The notes under the pieces: model-generated
Told to the model about the DNA's origin: nothing
The model's input: the letters and a program-made list of their open reading frames with translations, nothing else
Databases searched by the model: none
Translations under genes and position numbers: made by a program
IMG/VR virus record: IMGVR_UViG_3300020120_000350
Coordinates: 1-33,650 of that record
From: a virus
Lineage: Duplodnaviria > Caudoviricetes
Length of the DNA stretch: 33,650 bases
Direction: 5' to 3' (one strand)
In this document: positions 6,821 through 16,600 of the stretch, piece after piece
How positions within the stretch are numbered: position 1 is the first letter of the stretch
Layout: the number at the start of each line of letters is the position of its first letter

Positions 6821-8373
6821 CACTTGCATTCCAGCACTCCATTGACATATTTTGCTGTAGCAACCGTGGTCACATTCATGGCCACAATGTCATCCGCCGT
6901 GATGGTCGTCGTTGTGAAATCGCTGAGCGTCGTCGAGTGAATTGCAGTTCCCGACGAGATAGAGACACCGCTGGTGTTAATCGAATTCGATGAAGTAGGG
7001 ATTGCAGTGCCGGTTGCAATCTTCCAGAACTTGACCGTTATGGTCCCCCCATCGACAAGTAAATCGTAGGCCGAGAGCGTGCAGCCAAAGGGAACGGTCA
7101 CATAATCAGTCGTTGTGCTGGCCGCAGACAGCGCGGATCCCGCTGGATCGCCGATAGTGAATGAAATTCCTCTAACGGTTGCAATTAGCTGATCGCTGGA
7201 ATTCGACCCGAGCACCGATGCCGAAGCTGGAACCGATGCTCCGTTTACTTTAACCACTGTTGGATTTGGGTAGCTTCCAGAGAGATCACCGCCTGCCGTG
7301 CCTGATGGTGCTGCGGTTACAGTGCACGTTCCGCCTAGCGTACAGCTGACACCATTGACTGTCGTTGCTCCGCTGCCTGGGAGTTGCGATGTCGTAGCCG
7401 TCCCGCTTAGATCGGAGAAGCCCGGCTGCGCGCGCGCGATGACGCCGCCGATGATCGAGGTAACGAACTGGTGCGCGGTTGAGCTGGTGTCAGGCACTAC
7501 AGTGCAGCTCTTCGTTCCAGCGTCATTGATTACGCAGAGCAGCTTCAGAGTCGAATCCGCGTAGGATTTGCTTTTTCCGGAGGCCGGCGTGCCTGGCGCA
7601 GCGATATTCGTATGCAGGACGCTGCCGGCCTGAGTAGTCCCATCCGGAATGTTCGATAGCGCTGTCGTGCAGGTCCCTCCTGCACTGGTCACATCGCCGG
7701 TAAGCGCTGGCACCTGTGAACACGCCAGCGTGCCGCCAAGTCCTGAAAGTGAGATCGGTTTAGGCTCCCACTTACTGTCTGCGGCGATCCATTGCAAGAA
7801 ATATTGATCTGTCGGCGGAGTGCTGCTCACGGCATTCCCTTGGAGCGCCTTTACCGTCGTCGCGCAATTCGTGTTACTCACATCGCCGGTGAGCGTTGGC
7901 ATCTGTGAACAGCCGAGGGTGCCATTGATATTCGGAAAACTGAGGGATGTTATCCAGCTGCGGTCGTCGGTGATTGTGGTGATCACACCGCCTGAAGTCA
8001 CGACAACGGCGATGGGCACCTGGAGAGCACTGAACGAAGTTGTGCTCGACGCCGGCGCGCAGTTCGCCGCGGGATCGAGGTACACGTAATTGGTCGTATT
8101 GTTAGTCATTGCCAGCGTGCCGCCGGCGTAATTGCGAACGGTGCCCTGGCACCACACCGTGCCCTTCGTGACGTAGAGCGTCAGGCCTGAGCACAGCGCA
8201 GTTGCGCCAGCATTGGTGCAGGTCGTCCAGTAGCCTGGCGAAAGACCCTGCACGTATTTCGCGTTGCCGAGATAGAGCGGCGGCGTGTTTGAAACGTCTG
8301 ATGTCTGTCCTTGCTGCGCGAAACTGGCGCACGCGCAGAAAATAATTGCGATCACAGCCCAAAGCTTTTTCAT
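6820..8373 (-). CDS. Tail fibre-like protein with N-terminal signal peptide
   Basis: Directly after tail tip gene; fibre-type repeats GTLxCSQxPxLTGDV (x2) and GGDLSGSYPNPTV; leader MKKLWAVIAIIFCACASFA. Confidence 0.75.
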   Translation of the reverse strand: MKKLWAVIAIIFCACASFAQQGQTSDVSNTPPLYLGNAKYVQGLSPGYWTTCTNAGATALCSGLTLYVTKGTVWCQGTVRNYAGGTLAMTNNTTNYVYLDPAANCAPASSTTSFSALQVPIAVVVTSGGVITTITDDRSWITSLSFPNINGTLGCSQMPTLTGDVSNTNCATTVKALQGNAVSSTPPTDQYFLQWIAADSKWEPKPISLSGLGGTLACSQVPALTGDVTSAGGTCTTALSNIPDGTTQAGSVLHTNIAAPGTPASGKSKSYADSTLKLLCVINDAGTKSCTVVPDTSSTAHQFVTSIIGGVIARAQPGFSDLSGTATTSQLPGSGATTVNGVSCTLGGTCTVTAAPSGTAGGDLSGSYPNPTVVKVNGASVPASASVLGSNSSDQLIATVRGISFTIGDPAGSALSAASTTTDYVTVPFGCTLSAYDLLVDGGTITVKFWKIATGTAIPTSSNSINTSGVSISSGTAIHSTTLSDFTTTTITADDIVAMNVTTVATAKYVNGVLECK

Positions 8374-8380
8374 TTGTGTT

Positions 8381-11300
8381 TTATTCCCAGATTTCGAGAT
8401 AGCCGCTGATTCCGGCGTCGGATGCGGTCAGGTACACGTACTGCGCGTCGTAGCGCAAAGCCTGGAAGAATACGTTGCCATTCGAGAGCAATTGGATCTG
8501 CACGTCGGACGGAATCGATCCCAATCCGTGCGCCACCTTAAATCCGCTCACGTCGCCTGCTGCGGTCGGACCAAACGCTATTTCAAGATCAGGACCGCTT
8601 GAGCTCGCCGGCGGCTGGCCACCAGGCAGCGGATTCGGCGTAGTCGTCGTGGCGCCTGAGCCGAGCACGGTGACGGCGCCGGCGTTGATGAATCCGGTTT
8701 CTCCAACGTGCGCTGCAGCGGGATCGAGGCTCACATTGACGGTGAGGCTGGCCGTGCCCACCGGCTGATCGCCGGTAAAGTTGGGATCGCTGATGGTCAC
8801 GTAATAAATTGCGGAGTTGCCGGCGCCAGGATCCGGAACGGTGAGAGCATTTCCGTTCGCGATGTTGCGCGCGGCGTAGCTGGTCCGCAATCCTGAGGTG
8901 AACTTCGCGATAAATGCCGCCATCTCGATAGTGGTTGAATTCGGGCTGCTGAGCGGATCCACCGGATCGATGATGTAGTTGTCATTTGCGACGGGAGGTT
9001 GCGAAGGCGGAGTTCCGCTGCCGAGGCCTGGACTGGATGAAGGCAGATTGGCGCTCGAATAGACGCTGCGGTCCTGGCTGTGGCCGCTGGCTTCAAGAGC
9101 AAAGCCGGCGCCGAAGTCGGCTTCTTCCAGCATGGTTTCGAGCAGCGCGCCTTTGTAGTTGTAATTCACCACATCGGTGGGATCCAGGCGCCAGTAAGCA
9201 ATCGTGCTCGATCCTCCGTAAGGAAGTTTGCCTTTGCGTTCCGTGGCGCGCGCCCACTCCTCCCACAACAGCATCAGCGCCTGTTGCTTGATGGGCGTGG
9301 CGTTTTCTGTGATCGAGACAGTGATATCGCGCTGCTGCTGCGTGGAGATGATCGTGGCTCCGCCGGCAAGGCTCGAAGGATAGGGCTGAGAATTGCGCTT
9401 CGCTTCCTGTGTGCACTGTTGCCACTGCTTCAGCGGGTCGTAATAGTGCACGCGGACCAGCTCCGGCAGTGTGTATTCATCCTGCACGCTCTCAGCCAGG
9501 CGCGGCTCATATTTCGACGGATCGTCGAGAGATCCCAGATCGTCTTCTGGAATTTCGACGATCGGAGCCTGTCCGCGCTGAACAAACACCACTTTGCCGT
9601 CGATTTCAGCGTGGTCAAACTGGTAAAACTTTTCGAGCATAGCGAGAGAATCTTTTCTCGGCTCGTGCGTGAACTCCACGCCGTACACCGTCTTCGCGGC
9701 CGTCGTCAGCCCGGTCACGTCGAATTCAGAAGAGTCGTAAACCTCTTCCATCAGCGACGAGACAACCGCATCCAGGCCCACGCCCTGGCCGTTGCCGCGA
9801 TCGAGATATGCGCGATAGATCTTTCCATCGGAAGTGTTCGCAAACCACAGTGAGTCAGTCTGCTGATCGTAGGCGGCGCCGTTCACGCCGGCGCCGGCTA
9901 GAAAGTTAGTGAGGTTGTAAGAAGCCGTCACCTGTAGCGTGGAAACGTCCAGCCGGCTGAAGCTCGGACTTGTCGCGCCCAGCACTGTTCCCATGATGTC
10001 AACCTGTGCGCTGTAACCTGCCGATGCGAACGTGGCGCCAGTTGCGAGAACAGTTGCTGTGGCAATGTCGAACTTTGCGGCCGCGCCGCCAGAGAGAATG
10101 AGAATTGAATTGTCGGCGGCGTTGTAGTAGATCGTGGCGCCGCCTGTGGTCACCGAAGCTATGCTGAAGTCGTCGCGATTAAACGACGGCGGAAAAAGCA
10201 CGGGCTTTAAGCTGTTGAGGTCGATGCCAGAGGTGAACTGGCAGTCGTACTTGCTTAATTTGTCGTTCTGGCAGATCCAGACGTTTCCATCGCGGTCCAC
10301 ACACATCGCGCCGCCGGTCATGTGCAGCCCAGATCCTGAGTAAGGCGTCGCAATTCCCAGGCTCGGGCTACCTGGCGCGAAAATACCGCTGCCGTCGCTC
10401 TTCGTCTCATACTCGACCAGCGGATTTGTGGGACTGCCAGGCGTGGGCGCTCCGAATGGCGTCATGGAATTAGCGTCCCAGAAGTTGATTCCGCCGAGTG
10501 CGTTCAACATGGCCAGCAGCTTGACTTTTACGGGATTACCGAAGAGGCTCTGTTGCGATTCCCAAACTGCGAGGTTTCCTGGCTGCCCGATCGAAGGTTC
10601 GTTGGCGCCAGTGTCGCCAGGACCGTAATCCTTCACCAGCGTCATCGCCAGGCCGTCCCACTTGTACATATCCCAGTGGTTCAGCGAAGAAGGCCCCACC
10701 TGGTAGACGAAGCCTTCAGCGTCTGCCACGATTCCGCTCCACGCGTTCAGCTCCTGCACTTTGGCTTCGAGCTGGTTGGTGACTACGTTTATGCGCGCAA
10801 TGATTTCATGTGTGCCGTCGTTGTACTGCACCCACACGTAGGGCAACTGGTTTTGCAGCGGATTTGCAAAAAGAGAAGACGAAGGGCCGGAAGAGGGAAG
10901 AGCAAACGACACGCCGCCGGTCGGAATCACCAGCGTTGTTCCGCTTTCATCGGCGATCGGCCCGGTAAGCGGCGCGGCCGTTGACGCGTCATCGAACGCC
11001 CAAAGGCCTGTGATATCAGGCGGCCTGTCGCCGTAGTTGCGCAGCTGCAGATCGCGCAGCATCACAGCGCAGCGGCCGCGATAACCAGGAACGTTTCCAG
11101 CGCCGTAAACTTTCACCAGAGTCGGATCGGGCTCCTGGTCGTCGGAACCGAGGTAAAAAGTTGCGCCGCCAGGAGGGCAGTCATATCCGCCGTCAAAATG
11201 AGAACCGTCGTGCGGATCCGGATCGAAGCTGCTTAGATCCCATACCGGAGAATTAATTCCTGGCAGAGTCAGAGCGCCGCCGCCGGCGAGAGTGTTGCGC

Positions 11301-11902
11301 AAGGGAGGCCACACCGGAATAGGGAATCCCACCTTCGGGCCGCTCACGTCGATAGGAGTCTGCACCTCATAAGGCTGCGGGTCGCCAGGAACGGTGATCA
11401 GGTCCGTGGGATTAAGTTTGAGGTGAGCGCCAGACGCAAGATTGACCAGAAGATTGAAAGATCCTGCTTGCTGGCCACCGGTGACAACTGTGACGGTCAC
11501 CGCGCCGGTGATAGATCCGTCACTGGCAATGCCGTTATAGAGCAGCTTTCCATCAGCCCACAGGCGCAAAGGGCGCGAAGCCGCTCCTCCGCCGAGTTTC
11601 TCAGCAAAGCCAACAAAGATGCTGGCCGAATAGAGGTTATAGCGGACCGATTTCTGCCCAATTCCAAAGAGTCCTCCGCCCGTGGTTTTGCGGACCGTGG
11701 CTCGGATCTTCGACATGTCCCACACCTTGCCCTGCACGCGGACTGTGCCGCGGCAGCGCGAGATGGGCGTTCCGTAAGCATCGGAGCGGAAGCTTTTATT
11801 GGCGAGATTATTTTCATTCTTCGAGCTGCCTGAGGCGAGCGCGGCAAGCGTGTCGAGGGCCAGCGTTCCGCCGATCGAAAGCAGTCCGCCGAAAAAGCCC
11901 AT
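8381..11902 (-). CDS. Tail tip / central fibre protein (GTA-like baseplate/host-specificity type)
   Basis: AYGTPI...GTVRV.G, RLWADGKL, FYLGS..QEPDP, PGYRG....L.NYG.RPP, EIDGK..F..RG, LPE.V.V.YYDP; 1173 aa after DUF2163. Confidence 0.85.
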   Translation of the reverse strand: MGFFGGLLSIGGTLALDTLAALASGSSKNENNLANKSFRSDAYGTPISRCRGTVRVQGKVWDMSKIRATVRKTTGGGLFGIGQKSVRYNLYSASIFVGFAEKLGGGAASRPLRLWADGKLLYNGIASDGSITGAVTVTVVTGGQQAGSFNLLVNLASGAHLKLNPTDLITVPGDPQPYEVQTPIDVSGPKVGFPIPVWPPLRNTLAGGGALTLPGINSPVWDLSSFDPDPHDGSHFDGGYDCPPGGATFYLGSDDQEPDPTLVKVYGAGNVPGYRGRCAVMLRDLQLRNYGDRPPDITGLWAFDDASTAAPLTGPIADESGTTLVIPTGGVSFALPSSGPSSSLFANPLQNQLPYVWVQYNDGTHEIIARINVVTNQLEAKVQELNAWSGIVADAEGFVYQVGPSSLNHWDMYKWDGLAMTLVKDYGPGDTGANEPSIGQPGNLAVWESQQSLFGNPVKVKLLAMLNALGGINFWDANSMTPFGAPTPGSPTNPLVEYETKSDGSGIFAPGSPSLGIATPYSGSGLHMTGGAMCVDRDGNVWICQNDKLSKYDCQFTSGIDLNSLKPVLFPPSFNRDDFSIASVTTGGATIYYNAADNSILILSGGAAAKFDIATATVLATGATFASAGYSAQVDIMGTVLGATSPSFSRLDVSTLQVTASYNLTNFLAGAGVNGAAYDQQTDSLWFANTSDGKIYRAYLDRGNGQGVGLDAVVSSLMEEVYDSSEFDVTGLTTAAKTVYGVEFTHEPRKDSLAMLEKFYQFDHAEIDGKVVFVQRGQAPIVEIPEDDLGSLDDPSKYEPRLAESVQDEYTLPELVRVHYYDPLKQWQQCTQEAKRNSQPYPSSLAGGATIISTQQQRDITVSITENATPIKQQALMLLWEEWARATERKGKLPYGGSSTIAYWRLDPTDVVNYNYKGALLETMLEEADFGAGFALEASGHSQDRSVYSSANLPSSSPGLGSGTPPSQPPVANDNYIIDPVDPLSSPNSTTIEMAAFIAKFTSGLRTSYAARNIANGNALTVPDPGAGNSAIYYVTISDPNFTGDQPVGTASLTVNVSLDPAAAHVGETGFINAGAVTVLGSGATTTTPNPLPGGQPPASSSGPDLEIAFGPTAAGDVSGFKVAHGLGSIPSDVQIQLLSNGNVFFQALRYDAQYVYLTASDAGISGYLEIWE

Positions 11903-11909
11903 GATGTTT

Positions 11910-12812
11910 TTAAGTGTGAGGAGCGACGTAATCGGGATACTGGATCACCGCATCGGGATCCGGCGCGTTATTCTCACCCTGAAAGTTTTTTCCGTTTTTA
12001 TAGATTCCTGAGCAGGTCGAGAACTTGCGATCGCATCCTGGAAAAATCTTGAACGTGTCGCCAGGCGCGATCGGCGCCAGTTGCACCCACGGCCGCAGGG
12101 TTACCACTGAAGCTGTTGCCGGCGAGACGCTGCCGAGAGCTACATGCAGGACCTCAGAGCTCAGCTCATCGTTGCCGCCTGAATCGAAGGTCACAGTCCC
12201 GCCGTCCAATTGCTTGCCTGCGTCAACCAGGCCGCTTACGTTCATGCTGCGGGAGCCGTCGGTCGTGACCACTGTGCCACTCTGCAGCAGCGAATTGATG
12301 TCTGTGCCGTCATCGAGAGACCCGCCAGGCGCGCACTTTGCAGATCCGAAATCGACGCGGCAGACAGGTCCGCAAATGTTGCCGCCCAGAAATGTGAGGG
12401 AAAAAGCTTTTCCGCGCAGCTGGACCTTGAAGCCGAATTCCTCTACGTCGAAGATTCCGAAAGCCCCTGTCGCCAGAATGCCGACGCCCTGCGTCAGATT
12501 ATTCCAGTTAGCGAGATAGAGCTGAAAAGAGGCTTTGTTCCACAGTCCAGCCAGCACATCGGCGCGCGTAATGACATCGTCGAAGGCGCCTTCGAGGTCC
12601 GTTGTCGAATCCTCGTTGATCTTCTGATTCAGGTTGAAGGGATTAAAGCTTGTCGTCGAACGGTAAGTCACGCCGGCGACGACCAGGTCGCGATCGTGAC
12701 TGGTGAAGCCGTAAACGGCTAGGTCAGGTTTGCGCGTGACTTTGAACAGGCGAGTGAGCGTGGTTTGCCCGGAACGGCTGTGAGCGTCGAGAGCTGGAGA
12801 ACAGGATTTCAT
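11910..12812 (-). CDS. DUF2163 / BR0599-family tail hub protein
   Basis: GFTSHDRDL, C...CR..FGS.KC, GD.F....GCDR.F.TC...Y.N..NF.GE. Confidence 0.9.
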   Translation of the reverse strand: MKSCSPALDAHSRSGQTTLTRLFKVTRKPDLAVYGFTSHDRDLVVAGVTYRSTTSFNPFNLNQKINEDSTTDLEGAFDDVITRADVLAGLWNKASFQLYLANWNNLTQGVGILATGAFGIFDVEEFGFKVQLRGKAFSLTFLGGNICGPVCRVDFGSAKCAPGGSLDDGTDINSLLQSGTVVTTDGSRSMNVSGLVDAGKQLDGGTVTFDSGGNDELSSEVLHVALGSVSPATASVVTLRPWVQLAPIAPGDTFKIFPGCDRKFSTCSGIYKNGKNFQGENNAPDPDAVIQYPDYVAPHT

Positions 12813-12832
12813 GTGTGCCTTACAATCGAGCA

Positions 12833-13027
12833 ATGGACGCGCAACAGGAACAAGCAGTCATTGGATTTCTCGAAGATCTAGCAAACTGGAACATTCCTTA
12901 TCAGGCTCGAAAGACAAAAGGGCAGCATGCGCGCCAGATAGCGGCGCAACAACTACTCGCTGATTTATATTTCGGCATCAGTATTTCGGCGGACGCACCT
13001 CGATCAGCCCCAGCGAATTCCACTTAA
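12833..13027 (+). CDS. Small hypothetical protein (moron) in tail operon
   Basis: Fills the gap between DUF2163 and DUF2460 on opposite strand; TACAAT 6 nt before ATG 12833. Confidence 0.5.
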   Translation: MDAQQEQAVIGFLEDLANWNIPYQARKTKGQHARQIAAQQLLADLYFGISISADAPRSAPANST

Positions 13028-13631
13028 TGATGCGCGAGCCCTTAGCTCCCTTAGCGATCTGCGGTTGGAATTTGTCGTGCACGAAGCGTACGGGAATGTG
13101 GTACTCGAAATCGGCCGTTGGCGTACCGGAGGGCGCCACCGAGAATGTGGCGATGCCAGTCGTATGGTCCATGCTGGTGAATGTGCCGCCTGCAGGATGA
13201 ATTGTCACGGTGTTCGCGAGCGGGTTGCCCTGGTAGTCAAGAACAGCGCTGGTAATGGGTTTGGTGATGGTGCGCACATAGGTGCGACCGAAGCGCGAGT
13301 AAGTCCGCTGCAGCTGCCAGTGCGTGGAGTCGATCATCGCCATCGGCTCACCTACGGCGCTGCAATCCAGCTCCCAGAAAAAACGGAATGCATCCGCAGG
13401 ACCGCCGAGTAGCAGAAAAAACATTTCCATATCGGAAACCAGCGCCAGGCGGGTTTCCTCCGTGTCATCGGTCATCGACGACGTGGCTTCCCACTCGCGA
13501 CGAGGGTTAAGCCAGTTGCGGTTGCGCTCTTCTGAGCCGCTTTGCTGGGCGCGGATGTCCGTATTAAACGCAGGACCGCCCACCAGATCGAAGGCGATCT
13601 TTCTGGCGATTTCAGCTTCGCAAAATGACAT
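12978..13631 (-). CDS. DUF2460-family distal tail protein
   Basis: GGPAFNTDI....SGSEERN..W, FRF, TADFEYHIPVRF..D, L.EVR; follows tape measure. Confidence 0.9.
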   Translation of the reverse strand: MSFCEAEIARKIAFDLVGGPAFNTDIRAQQSGSEERNRNWLNPRREWEATSSMTDDTEETRLALVSDMEMFFLLLGGPADAFRFFWELDCSAVGEPMAMIDSTHWQLQRTYSRFGRTYVRTITKPITSAVLDYQGNPLANTVTIHPAGGTFTSMDHTTGIATFSVAPSGTPTADFEYHIPVRFVHDKFQPQIAKGAKGSRIIKWNSLGLIEVRPPKY

Positions 13632-13637
13632 GTGAAA

Positions 13638-16600
13638 CTACCGGAAGTGACGCAACATGCGCGCGTTTTCCTGGCGCACACTGCGGCGGAATCCGTCGCT
13701 ATCTTTCGGGCCGTTGAAGTTCTGGGTCACGTGGGTAGTGCGCGAATTGTCAGTCAAGCCGCCGATGTTTTTCAGGTCGTGATTGGCGACGATACTGCCC
13801 ATCGCGGGAATGCGCAGCAGCTCGGGACCGCGCTCGCCTACCAGATAATTCATGCCGGCCATGACATCGCCGCCCTCGGCGCGAAAGCCGCCAAAATCAG
13901 GAATCTGGATGCTGGCCGTGAGTTTGTCGAGGTCTGCGAGAGATCCGTTCTGCGAAGGCATCTGCGCCGCGATCGCGCCCAAATCTGGCATTGAAGGCAT
14001 CTTCATCTCTGGCATTGCAGGCATGGAATATTCTCTTGCCCAATTAGAGAGATATCCGGCGTCGATGTCGCCAGGCTTAGTCATGTTTGGCAGAGCTGAT
14101 GAACTTGAGCCGGCGCTCGTCCCTGACGGCGAAACACTTGCTGTCAGTGAATCAAGTTCGCTGAGCACGCCACTGCTGGCCGGCAGCCCAGCAGCGACGG
14201 CGCCAGGTGAAGAGTGATGAAAAATACTTAAGAGCTTGTCGCCAATGTGGAAGCCTTTGAAAAGTTCATTGCCGGCAAGCGAGAGCAGGGAAGCAAAGAA
14301 CGGTCCGTTGCTTTCCCCGCGGTGAAGCCATCGTTCGTAGTGCTCGTAGTTCCTAGCGTACGCGGCATGTGGATCGAAGGTGAAACTCTGGTCGTGCGGA
14401 ATTACGCGGCCGGAAGTTGAAGAGGTAAAGATCTCCGGTCCCTTTTCGCCCACGACGTAGCTTGTGCCTGATTTAACGTCGCCGCCGCCGGCAAGGAATC
14501 CGCCGAAGTTGCTCAGGTCTGGAAGCTGTGAAGCGGCCGCAGTGAGCGCATTAAGGTCTGCCAGCGCGCCATTCTGCGAGGGCTGCGCTGCAGCCACCGC
14601 GCCCAGCGCCGGCGTGACAGAACGTCCTGACGAAGAAAAACCATTAAAGATAGAGGCTGCGGCCTGGAGTGGAGAAGAACCTGCCAAAGGCGGCGGCGTT
14701 GCGCCCCCAGCGGCGCCGGACACGATCACATGCAAAGGCTTCGACTGTGAGCCGTCAGGCTTTCCCTCGAGTCCAGGGATCTTTAGTCCGAACTGCTGCG
14801 CAATCCAGCTATCCGCTTTTGCCAGCTCGCCTTTGGTCTGCTCTTCGGAAAGCGAAATGATGATTTTCTTGAAGTCAGTCTTCTGGCCAGTCGCTAATTT
14901 CGCCAGCTCGGAGTTTACGTTCTCGATTGCGCTCACCCACGCTTCAGCCATTTGTTTGCTGGCTTCATCCGCGCGGATCTGCACTTCGTTCATTACGGCC
15001 GTGAATTTGTCGCCGAATGTGCCGACTCTAAAGGCTGCATCGTCCCATTGCTTCAGGTTGCGGTCCTGTGCCTCCTCGATAGCGGCGTCGATGCGCAGCG
15101 TGCTCTCCCCGTTCTGCTGCAACACTTCGCGGATGCGCTGGAGCTTCTGCAGCTCGTCGTCATATTTGACGCTCACGGAATATTCCGCAGCCGCGCGGGC
15201 GTCGGCAGAACGCTGCTGCTCGACAGATTGCTGGTTGAGCTGCGCGCTCACCTCCGCAATCTGATCCAGCTGCAGCCTAGCTTGAGCAGCGGCTCGCTCG
15301 TCCACAGTCGAGTCTTTGCTGCTCATCACCTTCCTTGCTTCCTCGGAAGAGATGTCTGGATGAACGGAGCTGGCCAGTGTTTCACTTATGTCAGCGGCAG
15401 TCTGGCCGCCGAAATGTGATTGCTCCCAGTGGAATAGTGCGAGTGCGACCTGAGCTTTGCGGACCGCTTCAGCACCCCGCAAGTAAGAATCATTCAACGT
15501 GTCAAGGTAGGGCTGCTCACCGCGCAGCGAGTCGGCGGTTTTGTTGATCTCCTCCTGATATGCAGCCAGGTCAGCGGTCTGCAAATTGAGCTTCTGCTGG
15601 TTTACAACTTCCTGCTGGTGATCGAGGTCTTTTTTCAGCTGATCGAGATTGGCGGTCGGAATATCGATTCCGGGCAGCGGGCCTGCAGCTTTGCCCAGCC
15701 GTTCGCGCGCGGCCGCGTAATCGTCGGCCGCTTTTCTGGCGGCGTCATATTTCTTGGTTAAATCGTCGAGCTTCTGGATCTCCGGCGCCAGGCGCTGGTC
15801 GATCTTGGCATCCTCGATCGCCTGGCCGCCTTTCAGGTAAGCCGCGGCCATTTTTGTTGCAGAAGCGATGTTGCGATCGATCTCCTCGGTTTGTTTCTGC
15901 ATTTCACCGCTGACCGCGGTGATATCTTTCGCCAGGTCGCGTTCGACGGTGAGCGCGTTTACCGCCTGTAGTTGTCTTTGCATGGCCGCGGTGAGCTTGC
16001 CGTGCGCCTCTTCCTGCACGCGCGCGATGATCTGATCGGCTTCGCCGGCGGCTTTCGCGAGGAATTGCGCGCCCGTGGTTTTGTCGACGGCCGCAGCCAG
16101 CAGCAGTTCAGCTTCAGTTTCGGCCTTGAGCTTGGAAATCTGTTTGTCGCCGATGTCGGCGCTGGAAGCTGTTTCGGCTCTAGCTACGGTCTTTTTGCCC
16201 TTGTCAGCATCTATCAACTCATGGGTCTTCTTCACCTGAGAATCAAGAGAGGCTACGAGGGCATCGTAATTTTTGACCTCTTCTTTTGTGTGCGCCCCAC
16301 GTTTCGCGACGATATCGTCAGTCCAACTAAGGCCAGCAAGGTACTTATCCAGCGTTGACAACTGATTCGCATGCATTTCAGCCTGCGTTTTTTTGGCCTG
16401 ATCGAGCTGTTTCTGCAAAAAGTCCATTCCTTTTTGCAGACCGTGCTCCGGGTCTCCAGTTACGATCTCGTCGAACTTGTTGCGGATTTCCTGACCCTGC
16501 TTCGTGATCCTTTCGTTCGCCTTATCGAACACCGAGGTTGTCTGGCTTCCAACTGCACGCCAGAACTGAGCGGTCATGGTAGTGGCATCTGCAGCCGCTT

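Noticed and set aside
8381-13631. Gene transfer agent
   Set aside because: Tail tip is GTA-like, but the long tape measure, HNH/cos-type packaging, recombinase, morons and early genes indicate a genuine phage
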